Origin: Salisapilia sapeloensis CBS 127946
Lineage: Eukaryota; Protista; Oomycota
DNA: 64,000 bases
NCBI GenBank assembly: GCA_023334545.1
Contig: JAADVB010000018.1
Span: 1 to 64,000, forward strand
Direction: 5' to 3'
Both the position numbers and the translations under genes were made by a program. This document shows positions 46,831-58,131 of the stretch, piece after piece (positions within the stretch are counted from its first letter, which is position 1; the number at the start of each line of letters is the position of its first letter). The notes under the pieces are model-generated. The model did no database searches and was not told the DNA's origin. It saw only the letters and a list, made by a program, of their open reading frames with translations.

Positions 46831-48124
46831 CGCGACCGCTCGTTTCGTTTTTCTTTGGACGACACGAGTGGGGAAGCTACGTCGTCGCGAGGTCGGTGGC
46901 GAATGTAAATTTAGCCATTGATTCGACCAGCTGGAGGCCACGAGCGATATAGTGGGCGGCAAAGTAGAGTAGAATTAGCCACGGAGATGTGAGATTGGAT
47001 AGAGGCTTGGATCATTCTTTTTAGAGGTGTCTGGAGGAGGTGGAATTTTGTATTGAGAGTGCGTATTGGTTGTTGATTTAGTTGCTTTGGTTGCTTGGAT
47101 GATAGATGGATGGATGCATTGGATGTAGTGATAGGAAGAGAGTGTTTGATGTGTGCCTGGGTGTGAGTTGTGATGCTATGTATATCTGACGGAGCATTAA
47201 AGCATTTACTTCCTAGTGCTGGAGATACATGCTCACAGTCTTTGCTTGTAACATTGCTCTACGCAGACGCATGGTCCGACACACTTGAGATGGAATAGTT
47301 GCATAATGTCACGGTCTATGGTGCTAGGTTACCAAATGAAGTGTCTGTCATATTCTTCTCCCCTTTGTGGTAATTTGCTAGTGATGAACATGAGAGATCT
47401 CTTATACTAACGAGTGTGAGGAATTGCTACGTTTTTAACGAAGAACGGGTTACCAGCTAGCAATAGTGTCAATGAAAGCCCAATTGAACGTACCCTACGA
47501 ACTATGAAGTGTAGCAGCCTATTCCTTAAACTCAAATGAGAAGACAAGCGAGTGTAAAGTGTCTACATCATCTTAAGCTCAAGATTTGATATCTTGCAGA
47601 TCTAAGCTTGGATCATACACTTATTCATGGAGACGATCTTGGTCTTTGGAAGATGTGCAACCATCATACACCCAGCTACGACTTGTAGTACTATTAAATA
47701 AACGTATTCCGATGAAAACACTGCTTATCCTTGGTCTAGCACTATAATGTTGTCTTTCGTGTCGAATGGTAGCATAAAGATGTATTTATAAGTAGACATC
47801 AAACCTACCAGTAAGGCATATTGTTGAGTACACTTACCAACGAAGCATTGCACAGATGCACGACCATAGATCTGATAGATGCATAGTAAATAACCATCGT
47901 CTGCTACCCTTCAAGCATTACTACGATTTAAAGTCGAAATGTTGATGCAACTGAAACATGTTAAAGAGAGTAAGTCGGTAATAAAGACAATGTAGTTTAA
48001 TCAGATGTAGGAACACAGAGCAAAACGTAAATGGAGCAATATACTACATGCACCAAAGAGCTACATTGACAGTCAAATCTGTCTATTTCTGGCCCAGGAG
48101 CCTAATTAGATATGCTCCTTAACA

Positions 48125-49656
48125 TCAGTCATCTAGGTGCTGGGAAGCTGTCTGCGGCAATTGAGACAACTCGGTCGAGTAGCGAGTAGCTAGCGACTTT
48201 GCATTACTCGTGCTCTCTGGATCTTGCGTCAACACGAGATTGGCACCAGAATCATACGCAGCTTGAAGCGCAACGGACTCGATGGAGTCCGTCTCGGTCA
48301 TCAATTGCGCTTGCTGCCACGACTGCGTGATCTTGTTGGCTCGTTCAGCCTCAAGCAGCTATACCAGTCGTTAGTTACATGTAGATAGATTATCCAAAAG
48401 TATCATACTTCAATAGATGCAGAGAAACATTTGAGTAGTTCTCGTCCAGCAACCGAGTAGGCGAATCCGATTTCCTGCGTCTCTTCATGCTGACTCAATT
48501 CCTTGATCGTTGCTTCCATTCGAGGCTGGATCTGCGTCTCCTTTAAGAACAACCACTCTTCCAGATTGTCAAATCGTTCATGCTGTGATGCGAGGATCTG
48601 TCCCCATGCCATGTCATCTGCCGGTGGTAGATTCGCATGAGCGTTTGTTGGAAGAACGGTTTCAATGTACTTGCGTTCGACGCTGATGGCTAAGTTTAAG
48701 GCGTTATGTAGTAAGGTAGCAACGTCTTCGGCTGAGCGATCGTGATAGTTTCGAAGGACGAACGGCTTTCCATTGGATAGAGAGGCCTCATGGATCTTTT
48801 CAGCGATGAGTAGGACGTCGGAGGAAGAGCAGAACTCAGTTAATGACGAAGGAAGAGGCATGAAAGAGGGTGAGAGGGCGTTTACAGGCAACTGGATCGA
48901 GGAAAAGCGAGGGTACTGGGAACTCAAGTTCTGGAAGGATGTTGCGACTGCGTCTTCCATTGTCGAGAGTGGGATGGAAGAAAAGGAAGGGAGGGCAAAA
49001 CCGAAAGAGCCTAGCTCTTCGCGTTGACACAACTCGGATAAGGTGTCGGATGCAGTTGATAGCGCGTCCTGGAGCTTCTTTCCGCCGGTTGAGAAGATGG
49101 AAGTAGGAATACGAACGACTGCATGGTCTAGGCACTCGACTTCGAGGTCAGATGTGGCAATAGCAATTGCATCAGAGATCGTGGAAGGACTCAGCTGCGA
49201 GTCATCTGGAGACGGATATAACAAGTTGTCTGAGAGGAGTGCAGAGATGACAAGAGCTTCACGAGGAATGCCATCGTCATTAATAAGCTCCTGCAGCACG
49301 AGTGACTCGACGTATGCCTGCTTCTTGTTATCTGGAGAAGAAGACGGTGGCTGAAATGGATTAATCGTCGCTTGAATAAAGTTGCTCAGTCGAGTAGAGA
49401 CAGCCTTTTTGCTTGCATCGATGCGAGGAATGTCATGTGACCATATATATGGGCTACCGACACCAGTCCTGCCAATCATGGCATGCTCCGTATCATTGAT
49501 CCGGAGCTTCGATGAACCAAGTTCATTGTTAGAAGCATTTTGAAGGAATTCTGACGTTGCTTGTGGTGTTGCACGACCAGTATGCAGCAATGAAGCCTGT
49601 CTGGATGCAGCAAAGACGCTGTGTACTCGTCGACTAGGAGCTTGGAGCATATTCAT
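48125..49656 (-). CDS. Divergent aldo/keto-reductase-like protein with possible mitochondrial presequence, 2 exons
   Basis: ELGSFGFAL, IQLPVNAL and a helical insert WGQILASQHERFDNLEEW..IQPR recall extended bacterial AKR-fold proteins; last exon (LLEAERANK..) spliced by hand. Confidence 0.5.
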
Positions 49657-49771
49657 CGTTGTGTGGCTCGATAGTGTCAACTAGTACCAGTACGGTACCG
49701 ATTGCGTAGCAGAGCGTTTTAGGTTTATTATTTCGTCTAAAAGAACGGTTTTGTATTGGTCATGTAGGTTA

Positions 49772-50622
49772 TTATTCCGTACGTTCCTCTTGTCGCTTTT
49801 TCATGAATGTCCGCATGGCATCCTTGACGTCCTTGTAGGTCGGAATATAGTGTCCACCTGGATGTTCAAAGACTTGGGGTTCTACAAACGTTTCTGCGAG
49901 TTCTTGACTGCGTTCGAATGCGACTACTTGATCCGTCTTGCCCATAATATGGAGCGTCGGGAAGTTTAGTTTATCGGCAGCGGGTCCTTCGATTTCTGCC
50001 GTTGGGACAGCAGAGATGAACATACCGAACCAAAACTTGAAGTCTGGGTAGGACTCTGGTTGAAATTCTATTCAGTCATGAGTTAGAAGCAGTCTATAAA
50101 TTATACGAGATGTGCATACGTTGGCGTTGGAGAAGTAAGGACGCGATCATGCCTCCTTGACTGAAGCCTAGGATGCCATCAAATGGACCATGCTCCTTGC
50201 AAATTTCAGCCAAGTAGTCTATCGACTCTTCTACTTTTGTGAAGGATCGCTTGCCAGTCTCTTCGTCCGTATTAAAGTTAAACCAAGAGTACTGCTCGAC
50301 ATCAGCAGCATCCATGTCGGCACCACTACAGTCATCTACTTTAGTTATTGTCCATTATGAGTTCAATCTAGGACATGACTACCTTTGCTTCTCTTCCTCG
50401 GATGGTTCATACGGCACGACAATGGGCGCATCGACGCACACTATCAATTAGGCACAGCCATCCATAACTTCAGTTTTGACACTATAATTTAATTCATTAA
50501 TATTTCATACCGAAATCAATTGAGGACTTGAAAGCTCGTCGAAATGCTGCAATCCGTCCACGCAGTTTCACACCGTTCTGGCGGTAGCCGTGGAGACAGA
50601 GGATGCGCAGCTTGGTACTCAT
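49772..50622 (-). CDS. Serine hydrolase FSH1/OVCA2 family, 4 exons
   Basis: RILCLHGYRQN, CVDAP, GPFDGILGFSQG, PTLHIMGKTDQVV, HPGGHYIP. Confidence 0.92.
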
Positions 50623-50797
50623 GCTCGATAATTTGAAAATGGGATGATAGCGTAATTGCGTAGATCTTGTAAAGTCGTTGATAACATAATCAACTATACA
50701 TATCTTATAAAAGACATACAAAATCAAGTATAATATCAGAAATATACAAAAATCAAGTGCGACATCGAATAGATACAACACAATCCACGTATCCAGG

Positions 50798-51757
50798 ATG
50801 AGGACGAGTGTACTCCTTTTGGCTCTTGTGAGCCTCTTCCTTACCATCTCCACTGCTGCCAAGCCTTCCAAGAGGTTTGACACCAATTATACCACTTTTG
50901 GTATCCTTGAGAGTTAATGTTGTAACTGTATGGTGACAGTAGTGTGGAAGTCCAGTTTCCAGAGCTCTCGGAAAGTCTGCTAAATCAGCTCGGGTATCAA
51001 AAGAAGAATCGATACTCATCTTCTGCTTTCAAAGTCACGCCACGCAAGCCTGCTCCGGAATTCAACGACGTAAAAGCAGTGATCAATGAACAATTCGAAA
51101 CTGTCTCTCTATCGGATTATAAAGGTATCACTGCACTTTTCTTCCCCTACAATTCATCTGACAATGCAACATAGGTCAATGGTTGATCCTCTTCTTCTAC
51201 CCATTCGACTTCACCTTTGTGTGTCCGACGGAAATCGTCAGCTTTAGCGATAACATCGAGCTCTTCCGGGAAATTAACACTGAAGTATGGATGACGTAAT
51301 CTACCACATTATATCTATTGTATTCATCCCATTACTCTAGGTCATGGCGATTTCGACCGATTCGCATCATACCCACTTGGCGTGGGTGCGTACACCTCGC
51401 AACGAAGGTGGATTGGGCAAAATGAACATTCCGTTGGTCGCGGATATTAGCAAGCGTATTGCCGAGGACTATGGTGTGCTCGTGACGGATGAAGAGGACG
51501 AGCTGTTTGGCGCTGCGTTACGGGGTCTGTTTATCATTGACCCAGAAGGAGTCATTCGATCGATCCAGGTGAACGATGAGAGTGTCGGCCGAAGTGTACC
51601 AGAAACGCTACGTGTCCTCAAAGCCTTCCAGTACGCTGCTTCTCATCCGGATGAAGGCTGCCCTGCGAACTGGAGTCCAGGTGATGACACGATCAAGACG
51701 AATCACATGGACAAGATGGAATTCTTCAAACAACTCTACAAGGACGACGAGCTCTAA
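50798..51757 (+). CDS. Typical 2-Cys peroxiredoxin with signal peptide and C-terminal DDEL (ER-lumenal, Prx4-like), 4 exons
   Basis: Spliced [34 protein letters not shown]; leader [20 protein letters not shown]; ends KDDEL. Confidence 0.9.
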
Positions 51758-51959
51758 TACTACGTGTGGTACACTAAAGGTACATAAGAGCATTCTAATG
51801 TCTTGTTGCATCCGTTTCTTCTTCTTGCTACAATCAATTGCTAGGTGAGCTAGCACAAGTAAAAATGAAAACCATGTTTCATTTTGAAATTATCAAGCAA
51901 ATCCCTCTTCGTTTCCGGTGGTCTTTATTTTTCTCGACGCTCGAGTGACAAGGAGTTGC

Positions 51960-52199
51960 TTATTCCTCACGGGGGAATCCGTTCTTCCAGTTCTGGTACT
52001 TGAGGAGGAAGACCGGAACGCCAACGCCGCCACCGACGATCAGAGTGAATAGACCACGGGCCCAGGCCTTGGAGAACTCACCTTCGAACACGTAGTGCTG
52101 GTGGTGGCCGTCACCGGAGAGACGCTTGGCCGACTGGTGGATTCCACGAGCAGCCTTGGGTGCCTGTGTCTGCAATTGCTTCGCCACGTTCGCTAGCAT
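51960..52199 (-). CDS. Cytochrome c oxidase subunit 7C (yeast Cox8)-like, 79 aa
   Basis: Presequence-like N-terminus; single TM with GGGVGVPVFLLKYQNWKNG, paralleling GF.VPF..YQL.KSG; GC-rich coding-like codon usage. Confidence 0.6.
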   Translation of the reverse strand: MLANVAKQLQTQAPKAARGIHQSAKRLSGDGHHQHYVFEGEFSKAWARGLFTLIVGGGVGVPVFLLKYQNWKNGFPREE

Positions 52200-52359
52200 C
52201 TTCGCTGCCTGTATCGGTTTTGTATGTGTGTGGCTCTCCTAGCGGTTGGTGCATTCACATACAAAAGTCAAGTCAACAGGAAATGCGTGTCTATGTAAGA
52301 AACACTACGAAAGAATAAGAAAAGCTATGAGAGTAGAGATTAAAAGAAAAGAATTTGCG

Positions 52360-53509
52360 TCATCCTTCGTTATTTGCTTGTAGCTCCTTTTGTATGCCGG
52401 CAATGTCGTCAGTGATTCGCTAGTGTGTATTGTTAGTTTACATGCAAGATGAGATTGTATAAAATAAGTACTTGTGCGTCGTCTTTCAATTTCATGAGAA
52501 TTTGGTGTCGATGTTCATCCAGATCAATGTAAAAGAGTTGCTTGATGGAGACAGAGGCGAAGACAAAGATCGGTAGTAACCGATGACCCCATTGGACAAA
52601 CTCGGAAGGAGTTGTGTATGGGAAAATGTACTTGAGACTTGGATCATATCGGAAGAATCGAGTCGCGACTTCAAATGCCAGCATCTACACACAGACACTT
52701 CGTTGGTTTCTTGCTGTCGACATGGTCAAATATGAATTACAGCTAGTAACGCCGGAAATGCCCATTTACTTGCTGATGAAGTCGATGGAGTCGATGTCAG
52801 AGCATAGCTAATAAACGAATTAGTAGCAGTTTATATGAAGGGTTTGATAGTTGTACATTATGCCGATCCAGTAGACGTAGAAGAGACCAACGTTAAGAGC
52901 GATCTCTCCCACTGTGGCATCCGGTGGGTATGCTCCCCAGATGTCGTACATTTGTCGAGCTCGTTCGGAGTAGATGAGCTACAGAATTACAGTAAGTTTC
53001 CATGTCTCGCTTGATTCTTGTCTGAACACACGTTGTAGGTATTGTCGATTTGCCGCCAAATGTAGTCGGGCATCTGACCACTGGAGTGAAGCTGACTCCA
53101 TTTGAGGTACACTCGTCCCCATTCATAGGTGCTCTCCGTGCGTTTAAACTACTATCGATTAGGACATTTCGTACTATAATGACGTAAGAATTATATGATA
53201 CCCCAAGCGTTTGGTATGCATTGTAAGGTCTCCCTAGCCATTCATACATCTACCATCAACTGCGTGAATACAAGAATCATAATACAACTTGCAATAAAGC
53301 CAAAGTACAATAGGAATGCTCATCAATAACATTGGTACGGCTATTGATGCCACATAGACCTCTTTACTCGTCGTTTGCATGCCTCTTTTCAACAAAAACG
53401 ACGACAAGAGTGCCGACACAGGCCATACAATCACTAGCGAATACACTGCCAGTCGATTATCTTCCCATGCATCCGACACTAGTCTCCCAAGTACCTCCAT
53501 CCCATCCAT
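52360..53509 (-). CDS. Multi-pass membrane protein with degenerate DnaJ-like domain, 7 exons
   Basis: Spliced product has NAYQTLGF..WSQLHSS..WRQIDNTYNLIYSERARQMYDIWG between TM segments; first intron 53234-53292 is GC-AG. Confidence 0.65.
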
Positions 53510-53617
53510 GACACGTTGTCACTACTTGATGTAAAACACGTTTTTTCGGACCATTTCAAGAAAAAGAAAAGAAATCTGAAAAAGGAAAGAACGTCTGATA
53601 AAAGAAAAAGAAAAGAG

Positions 53618-54919
53618 TTACAGCGTGAATTCGAGCGCCGGATGCTCGTCCTGCTTGTCGCTCGCATAGCCCCGGTTCTCGGCCTGCATTTCTCCCAAAT
53701 GCTGCTTCGCTGCTTCCGTCATAAACGCCTCACCACTGCGAACCATCCGATGGAGCGTCGTGCGAGGGATACCAGTGGCCGAAGCAGCACTACGCAACGT
53801 CGTCTTCTTATCCAAAGGCAGCTCCGCTAACTTCTTCATGCGTTCCTCGAAATCTTTCCGCTTTCGTCCACAATTCGATCGTTTCGATGGCACGTCCGTC
53901 GGCATGACAAAGTGAGAACTACCGTTGCCATTACCCTCGAAAAAGTCTTTTCGCGTCTCCATCGCCAAGTGCCATAGACGAGAGACGGTCGCGCGATGGA
54001 CATTATAGCGCTCGGCAATGTCTTTCACAGCACCTCGTCGAAGCTTACCATCCGGTGCTTCTCGACCGAGAGCACTTAGAATCGACGCACGTTCGACAGT
54101 CTTCAGGTCCTTGCGACGATTCAACGGGGCGGTGTTCTTATTCTTTTGCGACATATCCACTTGCGAATGGATAGATTGGTCCGATTCCATGTCCATGGGC
54201 ATCTTAATCGGCTCCGTCGAAAACGCAGAGGACATCACGTCGGTCTCCATGTGTCCTTCCTCCTTCTTCGGTTTCTTGCTGCGCGTGAGACGATGGAGCG
54301 TAGCACGTGGGATGCCAGTGGCTTGAGACGCCTGGCGCAGACTCGCGCGTTGAGCCGGGTTCAAAGCATTGTACGCTGCCATGCGCTGCTCATAGTCCTT
54401 GCGCTTCCGACCGCAGTTCGAGCGGTTCGTCGGCAACGGTGTGGCCGGTCGACCAAGCGCTCTCTGCTCTTGCGACAGTTTCCACAGACGACTGATAGTA
54501 GCACGATTCACATTAAAGCGCGTAGCAACGTCCTTCACGGCGCCGTAACGTAGCTTTCGATTTTCAAACTGCTCTTGCAGGGCGTGGACGATGGCGTCTC
54601 TCTGGGCGCTATCAAGGTCGCGTCGGCGCGTGGGAAGTCGCTGGCCAGACTTGGAGTACTTGATCTTTTCCACAGGCGCTTGTTCGTCCGGCATATCCGG
54701 CATCGGGACGTAGGCCGACGCCGGGACAGTGAATTCGTCCGGCAAGTTTTGCGTCGCGGAGGGCCCGAGTCCCGTCGCGGAAGATTGTCCGAACGAGTTG
54801 GTGGAACTCGGCATGGACGCAGCGGCATGTGCGACTAGATCTTCCACGGATGCCGCGGCACCTTCGCTCGCAATGGAAAGCGACGTTAGGTCATTCCCGC
54901 GCTCCATAGTTCCGTCCAT
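53618..54919 (-). CDS. DNA-binding protein with two tandem Tc1/mariner-type bipartite HTH modules and no catalytic domain (probable domesticated transposase)
   Basis: Two repeats of R.DL...R.aI.......KLR.GAVKD.A.R.NV.RAT.SRLW...RSNCGRKRKD...LR.A..ATGIPR.TLHR; intact 433-aa ORF. Confidence 0.75.
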   Translation of the reverse strand: MDGTMERGNDLTSLSIASEGAAASVEDLVAHAAASMPSSTNSFGQSSATGLGPSATQNLPDEFTVPASAYVPMPDMPDEQAPVEKIKYSKSGQRLPTRRRDLDSAQRDAIVHALQEQFENRKLRYGAVKDVATRFNVNRATISRLWKLSQEQRALGRPATPLPTNRSNCGRKRKDYEQRMAAYNALNPAQRASLRQASQATGIPRATLHRLTRSKKPKKEEGHMETDVMSSAFSTEPIKMPMDMESDQSIHSQVDMSQKNKNTAPLNRRKDLKTVERASILSALGREAPDGKLRRGAVKDIAERYNVHRATVSRLWHLAMETRKDFFEGNGNGSSHFVMPTDVPSKRSNCGRKRKDFEERMKKLAELPLDKKTTLRSAASATGIPRTTLHRMVRSGEAFMTEAAKQHLGEMQAENRGYASDKQDEHPALEFTL

Positions 54920-55092
54920 TTTTTTTCAAACGGGAATGGGCGTTCTTTTATGAGGCGTAAGGAAAGACGGATTATGGACCACGCGTTCTTCTTGCACTCA
55001 AAAGTTTTCACCTACTTGGATTTATCTTGCGTTTAGTATGGCTGTTTGGATGCTTCGATTATAGGCATTTTAGCCAATGAAAGAGTGGTAAG

Positions 55093-55689
55093 ATGATGGA
55101 ATTAAACCAATGGGAAGGGATGCGATCTTGGAAGGTTGTGAGGAAATTGATGTCGACTGTGTTGATGGACAAGTGGAGTGGAAGTAGGAAGGGTAGTAGG
55201 ATGGGAAAGCAACGGAAATCACCGACGAAATGGAGTGCTAAAGAGGATCGAGATTTGTGGAAACTAGTGAGGCAGTTTGGTGCGAAGCACTGGACGATGA
55301 TCGGTGGGAAGATGCATGGGAAGACTGGGAAGCAGTGTCGAGAGCGATGGCGGAATCAGTTGGACCCGAAGATATGTAAAGAGCCTTGGAATACGGACGA
55401 AGACCTTATCTTGCAAAAGGCGCATGCTATCTACGGGAATCGATGGTCGATGATTGCAACTTTATTGCCAGGAAGAACCGATAACTCGGTCAAGAACCGA
55501 TGGAACTCAAGTCCCCATCGAAATGTACTTGGAAACTCACCCGAACGAGCCACTCGAGACTATGGTGTAGGCTACGTGGATTCCAAGGTCCACCCTTCAA
55601 ACCAATCGGAAGAAAAGATGGAAGCGAAAGAATCTCTAAACATACTAGCCGACGTAGCAGACATGCTTCAAGCCACCACGAAAGTATAG
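55093..55689 (+). CDS. R2R3-type Myb transcription factor
   Basis: KWSAKED..W..GKQCRERWRNQLDP..WNTDED..YGNRWSMIATLLPGRTDNSVKNRWN. Confidence 0.92.
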   Translation: MMELNQWEGMRSWKVVRKLMSTVLMDKWSGSRKGSRMGKQRKSPTKWSAKEDRDLWKLVRQFGAKHWTMIGGKMHGKTGKQCRERWRNQLDPKICKEPWNTDEDLILQKAHAIYGNRWSMIATLLPGRTDNSVKNRWNSSPHRNVLGNSPERATRDYGVGYVDSKVHPSNQSEEKMEAKESLNILADVADMLQATTKV

Positions 55690-56011
55690 CTCTATTTAGT
55701 CGTAGCGTCATACATGGCCATTTTCATGCGTATTATCGTGTCTTGTCGGTTCTCAGATTTGGTCAATAAATGGATACTTTGGGAAAAAACTGTCTTCAAT
55801 GTTCATGATATCTACCAAGTGTAACCCTGCCTCTATACCTTCTACACCTCCTTTTATCAATGCTTCGTTCCTACAAAGAAAACAGATCGGATGCTGCTTG
55901 GATATCATGTCGTCAAACGACGCTTCAAGGTTTCCTAGGGGTGAATACTTTTGATGTAGCTACATATCGGCCGATCGACGTAACGACCAGATCACGAAAC
56001 GGGAGGTAGAG

Positions 56012-56773
56012 ATGGCAGATAAGACAACCCCAGAGCATGTCCTTGTGTACATTCCCAACCTCATCGGGTATGCTCGAGTCGTGCTAGCACTCTACAGCTT
56101 CTGGGTCGCATTGTCTGACTACAAGACGAGCGTCCTGTGCTACTTTCTAAGCTTTGCTTGCGACTACTTTGACGGCTTTTTCGCCCGCTTGTTTCACCAA
56201 AGTACCTATTTGCTCGATTATATACAGGACCCGAGTCTATTGGCAACACTATACTAAATCGATATGCACAGCATCGTCGTTTGGCGCTGTCCTCGATATG
56301 GTCACCGATCGGTAGCATCCACTCTGTATAATAAATGGCCATGAAGCTAATGATAGGATAGATGTGCGACGGCAGGATTGCTCTTGATCCTTTCGAATTT
56401 GTATCCACAGTACATGCACTTGTTCCTGTTTGCGCTCATGTTGGATTTCTCCAGCCATTGGATCCATATGTACTCCTCTCGTGGCCATCACAAGACTGTG
56501 GATGAAGATCGTAATTGGCTTTTGAAGACATACTACGCTACCTATCCTCTCTTCGCCTACTGCTGCGTCGGAGCGGAACTTACTTACATTACCATGTACG
56601 TCCTGCACTTCGATCCGGACCTCGCGATCCCTTTCACGTCGTTCCCACTTGCCACCTTTTGCTACTACGTCTGTCTCCCAGCCTGTGTCCTCAAGAACAT
56701 TGTGAACGTTGCTCAGCTCTGCAGTGCTTCCTACTCCATCGCTCAACGTGACGCGGAGGAGAAGAACAAATAG
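56012..56773 (+). CDS. PIS1: Phosphatidylinositol synthase (CDP-alcohol phosphatidyltransferase), 3 exons
   Basis: IPNLIGYAR, DYFDGFFAR, spliced QTSSFGAVLDMVTDRC, LDFSSHW, LKNIVNVAQL. Confidence 0.93.
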
Positions 56774-56808
56774 GTTTGGTAAGAGAAATGAAATGAGATT
56801 GAAACGAT

Positions 56809-57772
56809 CTATGCTTTCGGGTACAGCACGTCGTAGTGGCCAGGGCGATACAGCAGATTGATGCTGACATTTTCTCTCGATCCGCTCCATTCGTCGTTAT
56901 TTGGAGAGCAAATGTAGCTCTGCAATTCGTCTCCTTCCTTGGTGCTCCCATCGAGATACTCGATACGAACGCCGATGCCGAGAGCTTCCGTCAATGCTGC
57001 AATCTGAGGCTGATCACACTCTTTCCCCACCGGTTCCACCTGCCTAAAAGTTAGTACTGCCTTATTAGGAATGATTTAAATAGCATACTTCGGCTGTGCA
57101 GAATTTATCCACGTCCATGCCAGGGAATAGACCGGCGATAAAAGGTAGAAACTGCTCCTTATGCTGCTTCAAGTATCCTGCAGTTAATAGTCGCATGTAC
57201 CACACCTGTGTCAACTGTCAGTATGTATATCATGATGATCTGTATGGCAATGTACAATGTACTCGGCTTCTCCACCGACAGTCTGGAAATCTTGAACTAG
57301 AATGGAATTAGATTTGGCTCGTGAATATGCTACTAAAGAACATACCTAGTTCTGCATGAGATCGAGAGTCCATGGAAGCTAAGTAATCAACGAAGGTTTC
57401 CCAAAAGTCTCCAAATGCGACTTCTTCATACCCGACGTCCACGAGTGCTGATTTGGAATTATGAATCGTTTGTTGTAGATGCTTGAGCATCGCTGCATTC
57501 TCCTTGGAATTGTCTTCTGACGGCAAAAGTTTCTCACATAAGGCAAAGATAAACGCTCGGAAGAAACAATTGCCATCTCGACGCACGCGACGCATGCTGT
57601 CATAGCGTCGAGCCAGCGCGTCGATACCAGGGAGGAAACGACCGCCTGCATTGTCAGCGTACTCTGGACGAAGGCCTTCTACAGGCTCAATATCGCCCAC
57701 CAGTGCGCTTTGATCAGCAGTCTCATTGAGAAAGTCTTGATGAGCTTGGATATCCACCTCGTTCGAGCTCAT
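56809..57772 (-). CDS. OTUB1: Otubain-like deubiquitinase (peptidase C65), 4 exons
   Basis: RRVRRDGNCFFRAF, spliced YMRLLTAGYL..FLPF..FCTAEVEPVGKECD, LLYRPGHYDVLY. Confidence 0.92.
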
Positions 57773-58131
57773 TTCTACTTGAAGATTAGTGGGAACGATC
57801 CTTTGCTTCGAGTACACATATGGCACCGTCTCAGAGTAAAAGATTATTCTTAGAGTAGTGTTGACAGGTTGATGATCGATGCTGGTTTGTACTAGAGTTA
57901 TTGATAATCAAAATAGAATTGGTAGTATTGGCTAGCGCTGTCCACTATGTGCAGTGATCGAGCATTGGAAAAGTTTTAATAGTCAATAGAGTATTTTTCG
58001 CGCACATTGGAGAAATGCAAAGCCGATCAAAAAGGCGAATGTAGGGATGTGAGTTATTGATTTATCTCTTTAAAATAAAAAGGTAGTCCTGCATCCCGCT
58101 GTTGCTTGCAATTGGCAAATAGTTAGATCAG

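Noticed and set aside
46960-47170. Strongly G/T-skewed low-complexity tract
   Set aside because: Consistent with a C/A-rich 5' UTR/promoter of the PHD gene; no regular repeat unit.
47381-47480. C/D-box snoRNA (GTGATGA box C)
   Set aside because: No CTGA box D or terminal stem at a suitable distance.
47712-47747. MKTLLILGLAL signal-peptide-like mini-ORF
   Set aside because: It stops after 11 codons with no supporting downstream coding signal; probably chance.
50623-50886. Hydrophobic N-terminal extension of FSH1 in the ORF track
   Set aside because: It overlaps the divergent promoter and the peroxiredoxin signal-peptide exon; the family starts at MSTKLR.
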